DNA of 64,000 nucleotides from Mycoplasmatales bacterium (GTDB lineage Bacteria > Bacillota_I > Bacilli_A > Mycoplasmatales > JABABV01), in the NCBI GenBank assembly GCA_965222855.1, contig CBDCUL010000012.1:5367-69366 (forward strand), given 5' to 3'. The position numbers and the translations under genes were made by a program. The notes under the pieces are model-generated. The model had not been told where the DNA came from and ran no database searches. It worked only from the letters and a program-made list of their open reading frames with translations. Of the stretch, positions 1 through 13,568 are shown in pieces. The stretch's first letter is position 1, and every line of letters starts with the position of its first letter.

Positions 1-57
1 AAAAGTAAGTTTCTAGCGAAATCGTACTCTCTTTTCTAGCGGCTTTTTTTCTAATCA
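1..57 (-). CDS. hypothetical protein, N-terminal 19 codons only (gene runs off window start)
   Basis: Minus-strand ATG at 55-57 follows a GGGTGA RBS-like motif. The frame stays open to position 1. Too short to classify. Confidence 0.25.
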
Positions 58-173
58 TTAAAATCACCCTGACTTAGTCCTAGTTAATTTTTATTATATA
101 TAATAATTATAACTAAATTATTCGGAAAATAAGGTAATTTATTTTTTTATTTAACTTATTTTGTTTAACAACT

Positions 174-204
174 AAAAACCCTTTTAAAAATTAAAAGGGT
201 TTTT
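174..204. terminator. GC-cored hairpin flanked by A/T runs (bidirectional intrinsic terminator)
   Basis: aaaaaccctttt / aaaagggttttt inverted repeat, lying downstream of the 253-831 gene. Confidence 0.6.
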
Positions 205-252
205 AACTACTTAATTTACTTTAATGATCCAAATTTATAAATTATAATATTT

Positions 253-831
253 TTATTTTGCTGTTTGTTTACTATTGTTTTCAATTTTATAAAGTTTTCA
301 TTGTGTCGCATATTGATTAGCACGAACTACGTAATAAATCATTGTAATGAATGAGAATATGATTGTTAGTCATCATAGAAAAATTCAGTGATTTAAACGT
401 TTAACTTTTGTTTTTTGATCAATTTTATTCAATACTAAAGTTTCACGAATTGCAATTGATTTGTATATGAAATAAACATAAAAAAGAATTGTTCCGAAAA
501 ATACTATAAAAAGTAAAAGTATAAAGAAGTTATTAACTGTTTCACGATCAAGAATTTTATCAGTTAATGATTGAACAGTTGGTTGTTCGGGATGCTGAAC
601 TTGGTTTTGATTATTGTTATTTTCTTTTGTAGTTTGTTGTGAATTTTGTTCCGTTTGTTGATTATTTAATGGCGGAATTGGATTATTTTGTGGTTTTTTA
701 GTTGCTTTTACTTTGGAATTGGCAGGTTTTTTTGGTGCTAATTTTACTTTAGTAACGCTTTTGGGTTTTGTTACTTTGCTTTTAGATGAATTAGCTGGTT
801 TTTTAATTGCATCATTTTTAGAATTAGGCAT
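253..831 (-). CDS. hypothetical membrane protein with Lys/Pro/Gln-rich low-complexity N-terminus
   Basis: Track ORF 385..831 ends at TGA. Reading TGA as Trp extends it to TAA at 253-255. The C-terminal half contains two hydrophobic helices. Confidence 0.6.
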
Positions 832-975
832 TTAAAAACTCCTTTAGCAATGTAGCTTTTAACATTACTTTCGTGATTCATAATATTATCTATTTATGAG
901 CTTGTATAAGAATATTTTAACAAAATTTTTTGTGTAGGACAAATATTGGGCTAATAAATCAAAGTTTGAAATAAC

Positions 976-1006
976 AAAAACCACCTTCTTTTAGGAAGGT
1001 GGTTTT
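976..1006 (-). terminator. intrinsic terminator after lipoprotein gene
   Basis: aaaaaccaccttc / ggaaggtggttttt hairpin, 45 nt past the TAA at 1052. Confidence 0.6.
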
Positions 1007-1051
1007 TGAATTTATTTTTATTTTAATTGATATTTATTAACTAATTAGTAA

Positions 1052-2320
1052 TTAAACAGTTTTAATTACTCAATGTAGATATGCACTATATATTGCAAAA
1101 TTATAAGAAATTGTTGCAATTGGTTTTTGCGTTGTTTTACTAATTACATTTCAAGTTTCAATTCCAGTTTTGGGATCAACTTTTCCTGCAACTAAATAAA
1201 CATCTTTTAATGTAGTTTTATTTGTTTTTTGAGTTTGATTAGTTTTGGCAATATATTCTTTAGCAGCTTCTGTTAATGTTGCCGCTACGTTAGTTAGTTT
1301 AGCTTGACTTGTATTTTTTAATTGTGTTAAATCATATGTTTTACTAAAACCAAATTTATAAGCAGCACGTGCAGCGTTATCACTAATTGATTTAGTATTA
1401 GCTTGACCTTGAAAACTAACAGTTAGTTTATTATCTTTAATAGTGCTAGTAATTAATTTATTATTAGCAATTTGATTTTTCGCTTTTGTGTCTCAATTTT
1501 GAATTCGAGTTGTACCGGGATAAAAATTAAGTTTTGTATCATTTCACATTGGCATATATAATGCATCAGCAAATTGAGTTAAAACGTTAGTATGAGGGTC
1601 ATTAAGCGCGAAGTCACGTCCTAGTTGGTTAATATTCAATAACCCACTTAAATCGTTAGTAACTCACACATTTTCGTTCGGATAATCTTCTGGTTGCATT
1701 TGAACGCTAAAAGGCATATTTTGAAAAGTTTTAAAAGTTTTAGTTGCCGCATTAGTATACGAAATTGTTCCTAAAGCAACTGCTGATGCAGTAACTTTAT
1801 TAACTTTAATCTTAAAATTACTTAATGCTTGTAAACCATATAATTGATGGTCTAGTTCATTTTGAACTTTTAGTGCTGTTGGTAGAATAGTGTAAGGAAT
1901 CATTTTGGTAATTTTTAAATTACTCATTTGATAATTTTTATTATCTAATGATTTAGTAAAATGATAACTTACTTTTATTGAAAATGTGTTTATATGAGTA
2001 TCGATAGTTATCGTTCCAGTAATTGTAGTTGTTGCAATTAGTTTTGTTGAATCATATTTAACAACACTAGTTGGTATTAATGGATTAATTACTAAATTAC
2101 TGAATACTGTTTTCTTAAGTTGCTTAGTAATTTCTTTTGAAATAACTGGTGCTAGATTATCAACTGAGAACGGTGCAATTATATTATTAATAGCAACTGT
2201 TTTAGCTTTACTTGGTGGCGTTCCTTTACCACAACTTGTAATTGTAGTGGCAACAACTCCAGTTGCTGCAATGATTGAAAAACTTGATAATAAGATTTTT
2301 AAATTTTTAGATTTTGACAT
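1052..2320 (-). CDS. lipoprotein (about 422 aa), tandem paralog 1
   Basis: Track ORF 1664..2320 begins MSKSKNLKILLSSFSIIAATGVVATTITSCGKG (signal peptide plus lipobox Cys). I translated 1663 down to 1052 codon by codon. Only TGA codons interrupt the frame, and the true stop is TAA at 1052-1054. Confidence 0.85.
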
Positions 2321-2322
2321 TT

Positions 2323-3594
2323 TTATAATTGCCCCTTTCCGTTTTTAAGTTGTAAAAATTTTCATTGTGATCCGGGTGCATCTGATGGTGTGAAGTAAAT
2401 GATTCCAATGATATCTTGCTTGTTTTCAGCATTAGGATTTCTTGCTATTCAAGAATTCATTGTATTAGGTGCAGCTGTGATTTTTAGATCCCCTATTGCT
2501 GTTTTTTCTTGTGCAATATATTGTTTTGTCGCTTCAGTTAAACTAGCGATTGCTCCATCCATTGTTGGGAAAGCATACGGAATTTTAGCTGTTAATAAAT
2601 CATATCCAGTAGTGACATTGAAATTATAAGCAACGCGACTTGCGTGATCGCTCGCAGCAGTAGTTGATAAATAACCATGATATTTAACAAAAACCGTATT
2701 GCTATTACCAGTAATTCGATCTATTTTACTACTAATCAATTTATTATTAGCAGCTTTTTGAGCTGGTGTTGTTGCATTTTTATTTCAGCGTAAAATATGT
2801 TTGAATCCTGCACCAAATTTTAATGTCGGATCGGCATAAGGTGCTTTTTGCTTATTAAAATCTTGTAAGATTTGTGCTCCCATAGCAGGATCATTTAATG
2901 CTAAGTCTCTTCCAAGAGCAGCAGTATCCATTAAGCCATTAAGATCTTTCGTAGTTCATAAATTATTTTCATCAGCACTTAGTTTTACACTAAAAGCTAA
3001 ATTACTTAATTGGTTATTAGTTTTAGTGTCAACGTATGAAATAGTTCCAGTTGCAACATTTTGTTCAGTAACAGTAGTAACTGTCAGTTGAACACTAGTT
3101 AATGCTTTAAATTTAACTAATTGGGCAGTTAGTGCTTTTTGAGCTCCCAAATTAGATAAACTTTGATGTGTTTCTGAACTATCAACGATCTTTAAATTTT
3201 TAATGCTATAAGTTTTAGTTGTAAATGAATAAACTACCATACAACTAATTGGGTCTAATTTATTAGCAATTTTAATATTACCGCTAATATTAACAAAACT
3301 AATTTTTAAAGCGCTATCATGCGCAATATTATTTTGATTGATTTCATTAATTGATAATGCAGAAAATTTTGTACTACCTAAATAATTAGTTATTTGTTTC
3401 TGAATTGGCGCTTTAATTTTAGCACGCGATAAAACTGCACTACTTGTTAAATTGGTGATATTAGTTGTTTTTGGATTATCACCATTTTTTGGATTACTTT
3501 TACCACAACTTGTGATTGTGCTTGCAACAACTCCAGTTGTTGCAACGATCGCAAAACTTGATAATAAGATTTTTATTTTTTTAGATTTTTGCAT
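2323..3594 (-). CDS. lipoprotein (about 423 aa), tandem paralog 2
   Basis: Track ORFs 2956..3594 and 2449..2739 share a frame and are joined through TGA codons (checked codon by codon). The signal is MQKSKKIKILLSSFAIVATTGVVASTITSCGKS. The C-terminal half aligns with the 1052-2320 product (LGRDxALNDP, AxxAYxF motifs). Confidence 0.85.
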
Positions 3595-3924
3595 TGTTTT
3601 TTATTTTCCTTTTTAATTTGATTGCCAAATATCATGTTTTTAATTCTTCTTCATTGTTTAAAATTAAACAATAACTTATTGAAATAAATATCTAAAAATA
3701 AATTATTGAAATTATAAATTTTTAATAACTTCACTATAAGTATAACCTAATTTTGCTATTAATGGGGAAAATATTTGTAATATTTGAAATTTGTAATATA
3801 AAAAAACGCTTTAATTATCAAAATTAAAGCGTTGCTAAATTGTAAAACAAACTCGATTACTTAGTTAGTTTTTTTAATATTACAAAATTTTAACTTAATA
3901 TCTTTAAAAATAATTTGTCATATT

Positions 3925-3960
3925 AAAAAACCCTTTAATTACGATAATTAAAGGGTTTTT
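3925..3960 (-). terminator. rpsO intrinsic terminator
   Basis: aaaaaaccctttaatt / aattaaagggttttt hairpin directly after the rpsO stop. A second hairpin lies at 3805-3833. Confidence 0.7.
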
Positions 3961-3977
3961 AAAGTGTGAAACTAAAT

Positions 3978-4247
3978 TTATTTACGTAAGTTTAGTTTCT
4001 TTAAAATTGCATAATAGCGATCAATATCAGTATTATGTAAATGTGATAACAAACGACGACGATTTGATACTTTTTTTAGTAATCCACGACGTGAATGAAA
4101 ATCTTTTTTATGTGTTTGCATATGAATTGTTAATTCTTTAATTTCATGTGTTAAGATTGCGATTTGAACTTCAGCTTTACCTGTGTCTTGCGCATTCGCT
4201 CCATGAGCTTGAACAATTTCATCTTTTTTAATGTTTCTCATAGCCAT
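3978..4247 (-). CDS. rpsO: 30S ribosomal protein S15
   Basis: [70 protein letters not shown] is a typical S15. I chose the ATG at 4247 behind a GGAG RBS rather than the longer track start at 4310. Confidence 0.95.
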   Translation of the reverse strand: MAMRNIKKDEIVQAHGANAQDTGKAEVQIAILTHEIKELTIHMQTHKKDFHSRRGLLKKVSNRRRLLSHLHNTDIDRYYAILKKLNLRK

Positions 4248-4309
4248 TGTTGATTGCTCCTTACAATTATTAATAGTTATTATTAGAAAATGGCTGATCA
4301 ATAAAACCA

Positions 4310-4711
4310 TTAATAATTAGTTGCTTGATTTAAGCTTTTTTTGTTGTTGTTGGTTTGTTTTTAGCTTTTTGTACTAATTGTACTAAGTTGCTAAATTCGT
4401 TGGGATTATGAATTGCTAATTCAGAAAGCATTTTACGATTTAAATTAATGTTTAAGTTTTTTAAACCGTTAATAAATACTGAATATGATAATCCTTGCGC
4501 ACGTGTTGCGGCATTGATACGGGCAATTCATAATTTACGGAAGTTACGTTTACGATTACGACGATCACGATATGCATAAGCTAGTGAATTCATCACTTGC
4601 TCTTTCGCAGTTTTATACGCGATATGTTTATGTCCGTAATAACCTTTTGCTAATTTCAGTCACTTTTTACGACGTTTTCTCGTAGTGACTCCACCTTTAA
4701 CTCTAGCCATA
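4310..4711 (-). CDS. rplT: 50S ribosomal protein L20
   Basis: Absent from the track because two in-frame TGA cut it into short pieces. Hand translation gives [70 protein letters not shown]..., with TAA at 4310-4312. Confidence 0.9.
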
Positions 4712-4737
4712 ATTTATTCCACCTTTCTAAAATTTTA

Positions 4738-4932
4738 CTAACCTTGTAGTAAACTTTTTAAACGTTTTTTATCTGAAGCAGATACTAACGTTGATTTGTT
4801 TAGTTGACGTTTTTGTTTCGTAGTCTTGTTTGCTTTTAAATGTGATTGAAACGCTTTACCACGTTTTCATTTACCGCTACCAGTAACTTTAACGCGTTTT
4901 GACAACGCTTTCTTCGTTTTCATTTTCGGCAT
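4738..4932 (-). CDS. rpmI: 50S ribosomal protein L35
   Basis: Absent from the track (64 aa with one TGA). Hand translation gives [44 protein letters not shown]..., with stop TAG at 4738-4740. Confidence 0.9.
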
Positions 4933-4944
4933 ATTAGTTTCTCC

Positions 4945-5499
4945 TTACTTCTTCGATTTTAAGGGAATTAGATAAACATCTAAAAATCGATTATTGATTA
5001 ATTTTGGTTTGACATCAAGACGCGCTACATCTGCTAATGATGTAATGAAACGATCTAGAGTGTCGCGGCCTTTTTCTTGCATCGTAATTTCGCGTCCGCG
5101 AAATTTTAGTGAAACTTTAACACGATTACCATCACTAATAAATTGGCGCGCTTGTTTTGATTTAGTATCTAAATCATGCTGTCCAATTAAGGGCGTGATA
5201 CGGACTTCTTTAACTTCAATAATTGTTTGCGTTTTTTTAGATTCACGATTCTTTTTACTTTTTTCGTATTTAAAACGGCCATAGTCCAGAATTTTACATA
5301 CTGGTGGCTTCGCTGTTGGCGAAACACATAATAAATCTAAGTCAACTGTTTGGGCACGATTAATAGCATCATATTTAGACATAATTCCTAAATTGTTACC
5401 ATTTTCGTCAATTACTGCTACTTTAGTAAAAGGAATTGAATTATTAATTAAATCCTTTTGAGTTCGTGGTCGCGGTTTCTTTGTTCTACGTATGCTAAT
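4945..5499 (-). CDS. infC: translation initiation factor IF-3
   Basis: Track ORF 4945..5508 shows IF3 N and C domains (KDLINNSIPFTKVAVIDENGNNLG...; VKVSLKFRGRE...). The track's GTG start sits inside the SD-like GGAGTGATC, so the likely start is ATT (5497-5499) or ATC (5500-5502). Confidence 0.9.
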   Translation of the reverse strand: MSIRRTKKPRPRTQKDLINNSIPFTKVAVIDENGNNLGIMSKYDAINRAQTVDLDLLCVSPTAKPPVCKILDYGRFKYEKSKKNRESKKTQTIIEVKEVRITPLIGQHDLDTKSKQARQFISDGNRVKVSLKFRGREITMQEKGRDTLDRFITSLADVARLDVKPKLINNRFLDVYLIPLKSKK

Positions 5500-5508
5500 G
5501 ATGATCAC

Positions 5509-5780
5509 TCCAAAATTTTAATTTATTTTTGTTTTATATTGCTTGGTTTGCTTGATTATATATAAAACAAAAAGTGGCAAAGCCACTCTCGATTATGCTA
5601 TTTTATCATTATTTTATCTTGAGATAAATAATTGTGTGTTATAGCAAGAACCTAAAGACTCTTTTAAAAAGGTCAATCAGGCGAGAAATGTCGGCTTCTA
5701 CTTTCTAAGACAACAACTATTTCAATTTAGTTGCTCTATTATTATATAATAAATTCACTCAAATTACAAATATTATTTAA
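5509..5780 (-). promoter_or_regulatory. infC-rpmI-rplT leader; possible L20-responsive attenuator with terminator hairpin at 5573-5587
   Basis: The 270-nt untranslated leader is locally more GC-rich than other spacers. The hairpin AGTGGC-TTT-GCCACT is followed by a T-run on the minus strand, about 60 nt before infC. The position matches the Firmicute L20 leader, but I did not verify the structure. Confidence 0.3.
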
Positions 5781-6242
5781 TTATTGAAACATTGTTGAAA
5801 ACATGATCGCTAATGAAAAGATGCCACCTTTTTTTTCTAGTGACTTAATACGGTATTCAATCCGTTTATTTAGTTGTTTATTAGTAATGTTTAACGGTAA
5901 GATAAAGCCTGAAAAAATCCGATTTTTATTTAATTTTGGTTTAGCATATAAATGAGCAACAGTTTTTAATGATTTAATAAAATCATTCAAAACTTGGGTT
6001 TGTTTTTTTGCTAACTTTGGATTTTTTTTCGGAAATTTAAAATAGACACGAACACAATGATCTTCACTAATAGCTTCGCGGGCAGTTGTTAATTTAGTCG
6101 CTAATGCTTTTTCACTAAGATTCTTTTTTAAAACAATTGAGATGATTCTAAATTTTTTAATCGCTGCTTTGGTAGCAGCTTTAGATACTTTAGTTGCAGC
6201 TTTACTAGCGGCTCTAGTGGCTTTTTTATTATTTTTACTCAT
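5781..6242 (-). CDS. IF3 C-terminal-domain-like protein with Lys/Ala-rich N-terminal tail
   Basis: Residues VRVYFKFPKKNPKLAKKQTQVLNDFIKSLKTVAHLYAKPKLNKNRIFSGFILPL align with the IF3 C domain of the adjacent infC (VKVSLKFRGREITMQEKGRDTLDRFITSLADVARLDVKPKLINNRFLDVYLIPL). There is no IF3 N domain. The N-terminus is MSKNNKKATRAASKAATKVSKAATKAAIKK. Confidence 0.7.
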   Translation of the reverse strand: MSKNNKKATRAASKAATKVSKAATKAAIKKFRIISIVLKKNLSEKALATKLTTAREAISEDHCVRVYFKFPKKNPKLAKKQTQVLNDFIKSLKTVAHLYAKPKLNKNRIFSGFILPLNITNKQLNKRIEYRIKSLEKKGGIFSLAIMFSTMFQ

Positions 6243-6459
6243 AATAACAAATTACTCCTTTTACTACTATTATAGTAGTTTAAAAATATTACAAAATTAT
6301 AATCATAATTATATCATATATTAATAATTATAATTTTGAAAATGCTTTATTGATGATTTAAAAAACTAAATTTAGTTTATCCTTTTACTTTTAGACTAAT
6401 TTATAGTAAAATTAGGTAGATAAATCGATGATGGATAATAAAAGATTGGGGCGATTATA

Positions 6460-6690
6460 ATGGCATTAACAGATGTAAAGAAAAAAATGGAAGAATTACG
6501 TCGTATGTATGTTGACCAAGACTTATGTATTGGTTGTGGCGCTTGTGTTGCGGTTGACGAAACTGAAACATTCTACATGCAAGATGATGGTAAAGCAACT
6601 ACCAAACCAAACTGTTTAGATAATGAAGACTTACTAATGGTTTGTCCAACAGAAGCAATTAAAGTAAATCCAGATATTGAAAAAGAATAA
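6460..6690 (+). CDS. 4Fe-4S ferredoxin (single-cluster type)
   Basis: CIGCGACVAV ... MVCPTEAI cysteine pattern in a 76-aa product. Confidence 0.8.
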   Translation: MALTDVKKKMEELRRMYVDQDLCIGCGACVAVDETETFYMQDDGKATTKPNCLDNEDLLMVCPTEAIKVNPDIEKE

Positions 6691-6713
6691 TAATATTGAT
6701 AAATTATAATAAT

Positions 6714-6751
6714 TAAAAAAAGACTTGTCTAAAAATGACAAGTCTTTTTTT
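6714..6751. terminator. bidirectional terminator between convergent ferredoxin and DUF1292 genes
   Basis: aaaaaaagacttgtc / gacaagtcttttttt hairpin. Confidence 0.7.
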
Positions 6752-6763
6752 GTGCTGAAAATG

Positions 6764-7048
6764 TTATTCGTCGTCTTCAATTGCAGCGTCTTCTTTTTGA
6801 AAATTAGCTAATGCTGTTTCCACGAATTTTCATTCTTTAGGATTTTCAATATTAATTAATTTTCCCCCATTTGTTGCTGTGGGATCATATTTTGCTGCGA
6901 AAATTTCACTATCATCTGCTTTGGGATCGAAATATAAAACATAATTTTCTTCCCCTTCTACAAATGTAAATAAAATTTCAAAATTTTGTTCAATTCCTTG
7001 TTCGTCGATTAAAGTAATCATGTTATCTTGTGTTTGTGACATGAACAT
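6764..7048 (-). CDS. DUF1292 / UPF0473 family protein
   Basis: ITLIDEQGIEQNFEILFTFVEGEENYVLYFDP motif. Track ORF 6830..7048 extends through TGA to TAA at 6764-6766, giving an acidic tail. The gene lies in the conserved alaS-ruvX-DUF1292 order. Confidence 0.8.
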
Positions 7049-7074
7049 CTACCTCCAATATTAATTATAAGTGA

Positions 7075-7494
7075 TTAATTACTTTGTGAATCTAAATAAT
7101 TCTGCAAAATAATTTGAGCGGCCATTTTATCTTTTTGTAATTTGCGCTTTTTGCGCGATACATTAGCGCTAATTAAAACTTGTTGCGCGATTCTCGTACT
7201 TAAACGCTCGTCAAACAAAATAACTTCTTGTTTGACAATGCTTCTTAATTCAGTTGCGAAATCTTCGGCCATTATTGTCCGTTCAGATTTCGTCCCATTC
7301 ATTCTGATTGGGTGTCCTAAAATAATTTTCGCAATTTCATAACTATTACAGTACGCTACGATTTTATCATAAGCGGCTTGAAAATCATAATGAATAAAAA
7401 TAAAGTTTTCTTTACTAGTGGCAATGATTTGGGACTCATCACTTAAAGCAATCCCTAATGATTTAATGCCTAAGTCTAGCCCTAATACACGCAT
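7075..7494 (-). CDS. ruvX: Holliday-junction-resolvase-like nuclease YqgF/RuvX
   Basis: MRVLGLDLGIKSLGIALSD N-terminus in a 139-aa product, immediately downstream of alaS. Confidence 0.9.
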   Translation of the reverse strand: MRVLGLDLGIKSLGIALSDESQIIATSKENFIFIHYDFQAAYDKIVAYCNSYEIAKIILGHPIRMNGTKSERTIMAEDFATELRSIVKQEVILFDERLSTRIAQQVLISANVSRKKRKLQKDKMAAQIILQNYLDSQSN

Positions 7495-10263
<2,769 letters not shown>

Positions 10264-10354
10264 AATTAGTAACCTCTTATAATGATTTTTTGTTGTTTAA
10301 TTTAATGTAAATTCTAACCTAATTTAGCTAAAAATACAAATACAAATACAAATC

Positions 10355-12532
10355 TTATTTAATTAATTGCGCCATGATTGTAGCGCGGTGATAATAGTAG
10401 TTGTTTTTAATGGCAATGTTGAGTGCTTTTAAATGGCCAAATAGATATAGTTCTTTACTAGCACGCGTAATTCCCGTATAAATAATTTTCTTATTCAGCA
10501 TACGATAATAGTCAGTTAAGAGTGGAATTAAAACGTATTGCGTTTCACTTCCTTGTGCTTTATGAATTGAAATCGCATAAGCTAGCGTAACGTGAATAAT
10601 AAAATCACTATATTTATAATTAACAATTTTTTCACCAAATTCTAAGTGGACGATTTTGGCCGTTAAATCAATGTCAGTGATGTAGCCAAAATCACCATTG
10701 AACAAGCCGTTATCTTTGCGATTTTTCAAATGCATTATTTTATCGCCAACACGATAATTATGAATTCCAATAATCATTTGTTTTTTATTTGGTGTTAGTG
10801 GATTGATCATTTTTTGAACTTGGCGATTAATTGCATCGATCCCACAAACACCATTATATACTGGTGCTAGAATTTGGACATTTTCAATGCCGTGTTTTTG
10901 AACTAATTGACAATATTTATTAGTTAATTCTAACAAAGCGTTCTGATTCGATAATTCTTTAAAAAATGATTCACTTTTAATTAAGTCTAATTCGGTAATT
11001 GGTTTAAAGTTCAGAATCATTTTTGATAATTTTAAAATGCCGCTTCCTTTACCTTGACGATAAATTTTTTCTAACTTCGTAATATTAATATCAGATGAAG
11101 TTAATAAGTCGCGTAATAAACTACCAGGCAGAACTGATTCTAATTGTTGTTCATCACCAACAATTACGAGTTTTTCTAATTGTGGTAATGCTAAAAGTAG
11201 TTGTTCAAATAATCAAGTATCGACCATTGAAAATTCATCAATAATTAAAATTTTATGATCTAGAGGATTATGTTGATTAAAATCAAACCGATTAGTATGG
11301 GCGTCTCACATTAATGCTTTATGAATTGTTGAAGCATAGTAATGCGTTTTTTCACGTAATATTTTGGCCGCTTTACCAGTTGGTGCTAATAATAAAATAC
11401 TTTCTTTGCTAAAACGTTTATCTAAATTTTGAACAATTGTTTTAATAATTGAAGTTTTCCCCGTTCCTGGTCCACCAGTAATAATTGTCAGCGCTTTGTT
11501 AAGAGCATCTTTAACTGCTTTATTTTGAATATCGTCTAAAATAATCATTTGATCTTTGGGAATTATTAACGTATTAAATTGCGTTGGTTGATGTTTATTT
11601 TTTAATTTTTTAATTTGTAATACAATTTGATGGGCTGCATTAAAAAATTTATCACTAGTTAATTTCCCTTGCATGAAAAAGACTTTTTTCTGGGTAATTA
11701 AATCTTTAATCAAATTGATAAAGACTAATTCTAAATTCATTTCTGAATTAGTCTTTAGCGCATATTGATGAATTCAATCTTGCGTATTATTAAAGATTAC
11801 ATCAGGCGCTAATAATGTGTCACCACTTTTGAATGCTAATTGATTAATCGCATAGTTAAGCGCTGCTAAAACACGTAGTTTTGGGTCTAAATCAGTAACT
11901 AGATTAGCAATAATATGATCAGCTACTTTGAAATTTAAACCATCAACTTCTTCAATGATTTGATAGTTTTTATCACGAATTGTTTTTAAGAGATTTTCTT
12001 CACCATAGAAATTAGTTAAGCGCACATAATAGCGCATTGAAATTTTATTAGTAATAAAAAATTGATGTAATTCATTAATTTCTTGATTTTGTAATAATAC
12101 TTCAACAACAACATCTAATTTGGCTTTTTTAAGATCTTTAATTTCATGAATTTTTTGCGGATCTGCCATTAATATAATTAATGTTTTTGGTCCAAAATGA
12201 GCAACAATTTTTTCAGCAGTATTTTTACCAACACCAGGAAATAAACTACTAGATAAATATTTAATAATTCCTTCTTTCGAATCAGGCGTGATTTTGGCAA
12301 AACTACTAACATGAAATTGACGCCCATATTTTGGGTGCGCTTTAAATTCACCATTTAACACATAAGACTCCTCAGCGCTCAAAATTGGTAAAGTACCAGT
12401 AATAATCACACTGCGTTTTTCTTTCGCATTATACGTTGTTTCTGGAACAAAAGATGCTACTAAATAAGAGTTCGATTCATTATAAAAAATTATATTTTTA
12501 AACATTCCTCTTAGTTCCATAAAATTCCTCAT
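10355..12532 (-). CDS. recD2: RecD2-type SF1B ATP-dependent DNA helicase
   Basis: Track fragments 10355..11020, 11306..11740 and 11774..12532 are all in one frame. Motifs seen: Walker A GGPGTGKTS, LLAPTGKAA, SIHKAQGSE, YTGITRA. The true start may be the ATG at 12520 behind GAGGA. Confidence 0.85.
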
Positions 12533-12677
12533 TTCCCAGACTTTAATTACTTTGTAAAAATTATAACAGATTCTAAAATAAAAATTTTGGAAATAAATTA
12601 ATTAAAAAAATAACTGATTTATAATATTAATTAAAAATATGACCGATAAAGATCGATCATATTTTTAATTGTGATTT

Positions 12678-13460
12678 TTAATTTCAATTATTAATAATTT
12701 TGGCAACATCTTTAGCACGACGAATACATAAGCTATGACGCGCTAAAGGCATCATCACTAATTCATGTTTAATCGGGATTTGATTTGATAATAAAGAAAT
12801 CTCAACTGGTTTAGAAATCGGGTCATCTAAACCACTGACAATTAATGTCGGCGTATTTAGTTTTGCCACAAATTTATTAAATGTAGCTTGATTCATACTT
12901 GATGATAAATCTTGGAAAATTCGATTATACATATCGTGTAATTTTTTATTTTTACGAGCGATAACATGTGCTATAATAGTCGTTATTATTTTATTTGGTT
13001 TATATAATAACTCTTCCCTAACTAGTTTACGTAAAACGTTACTATCAGTTGATACTAAACGTTTTACTAAATTTAAATCTTCGGAAATATCAATTGGTGG
13101 TGGTGACAGTAACACAGTTTTTACAACAACTGGATTAGTAGCACTAATCATTACCGCAAATAAACTGCCAATTGAATGACCAATAATAATGACGTTTTTT
13201 AATTTTAAAGCACTAATAACTTGATTAATTGATTCAACAAATATTTTATAATCAAGTTTGCGTTTTTGATTCAACAATACGGAATTACCATGACCAATTA
13301 AATCAATCGCATAAACATTACCATCGCGTAATTTCGGTGCTAAGTTCATCATCTCACGATGATCGGCAGCAAAACCATGAATTAATAAATAATTGAAACG
13401 GGTATTAATTTTTAATTTTTTATAAACAGCTATCTTATAATCTGAAAATTCTAAAATCAT
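12678..13460 (-). CDS. alpha/beta-fold hydrolase (esterase/lipase-like)
   Basis: HGFAADH and nucleophile-elbow GHSIGS motifs. The terminal TGA is read as Trp, and the stop is TAA at 12678-12680. Confidence 0.8.
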
Positions 13461-13568
13461 TGATATTCACCAACATTCTTTTAAATTTGATTATTTTTAA
13501 CTATATTGGGTCGTTGTTATGTTTCTTCATATTAAACTATATTAAAGGTACAATTATATAATATCTTA

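Noticed and set aside
10330-10352. A short tandem hexamer (acaaat x3-4) between recD2 and alaS.
   Set aside because: It has only 3-4 units in a 90-bp AT-rich spacer, and no evidence of function. The spacer is also too short to hold a T-box leader for alaS.
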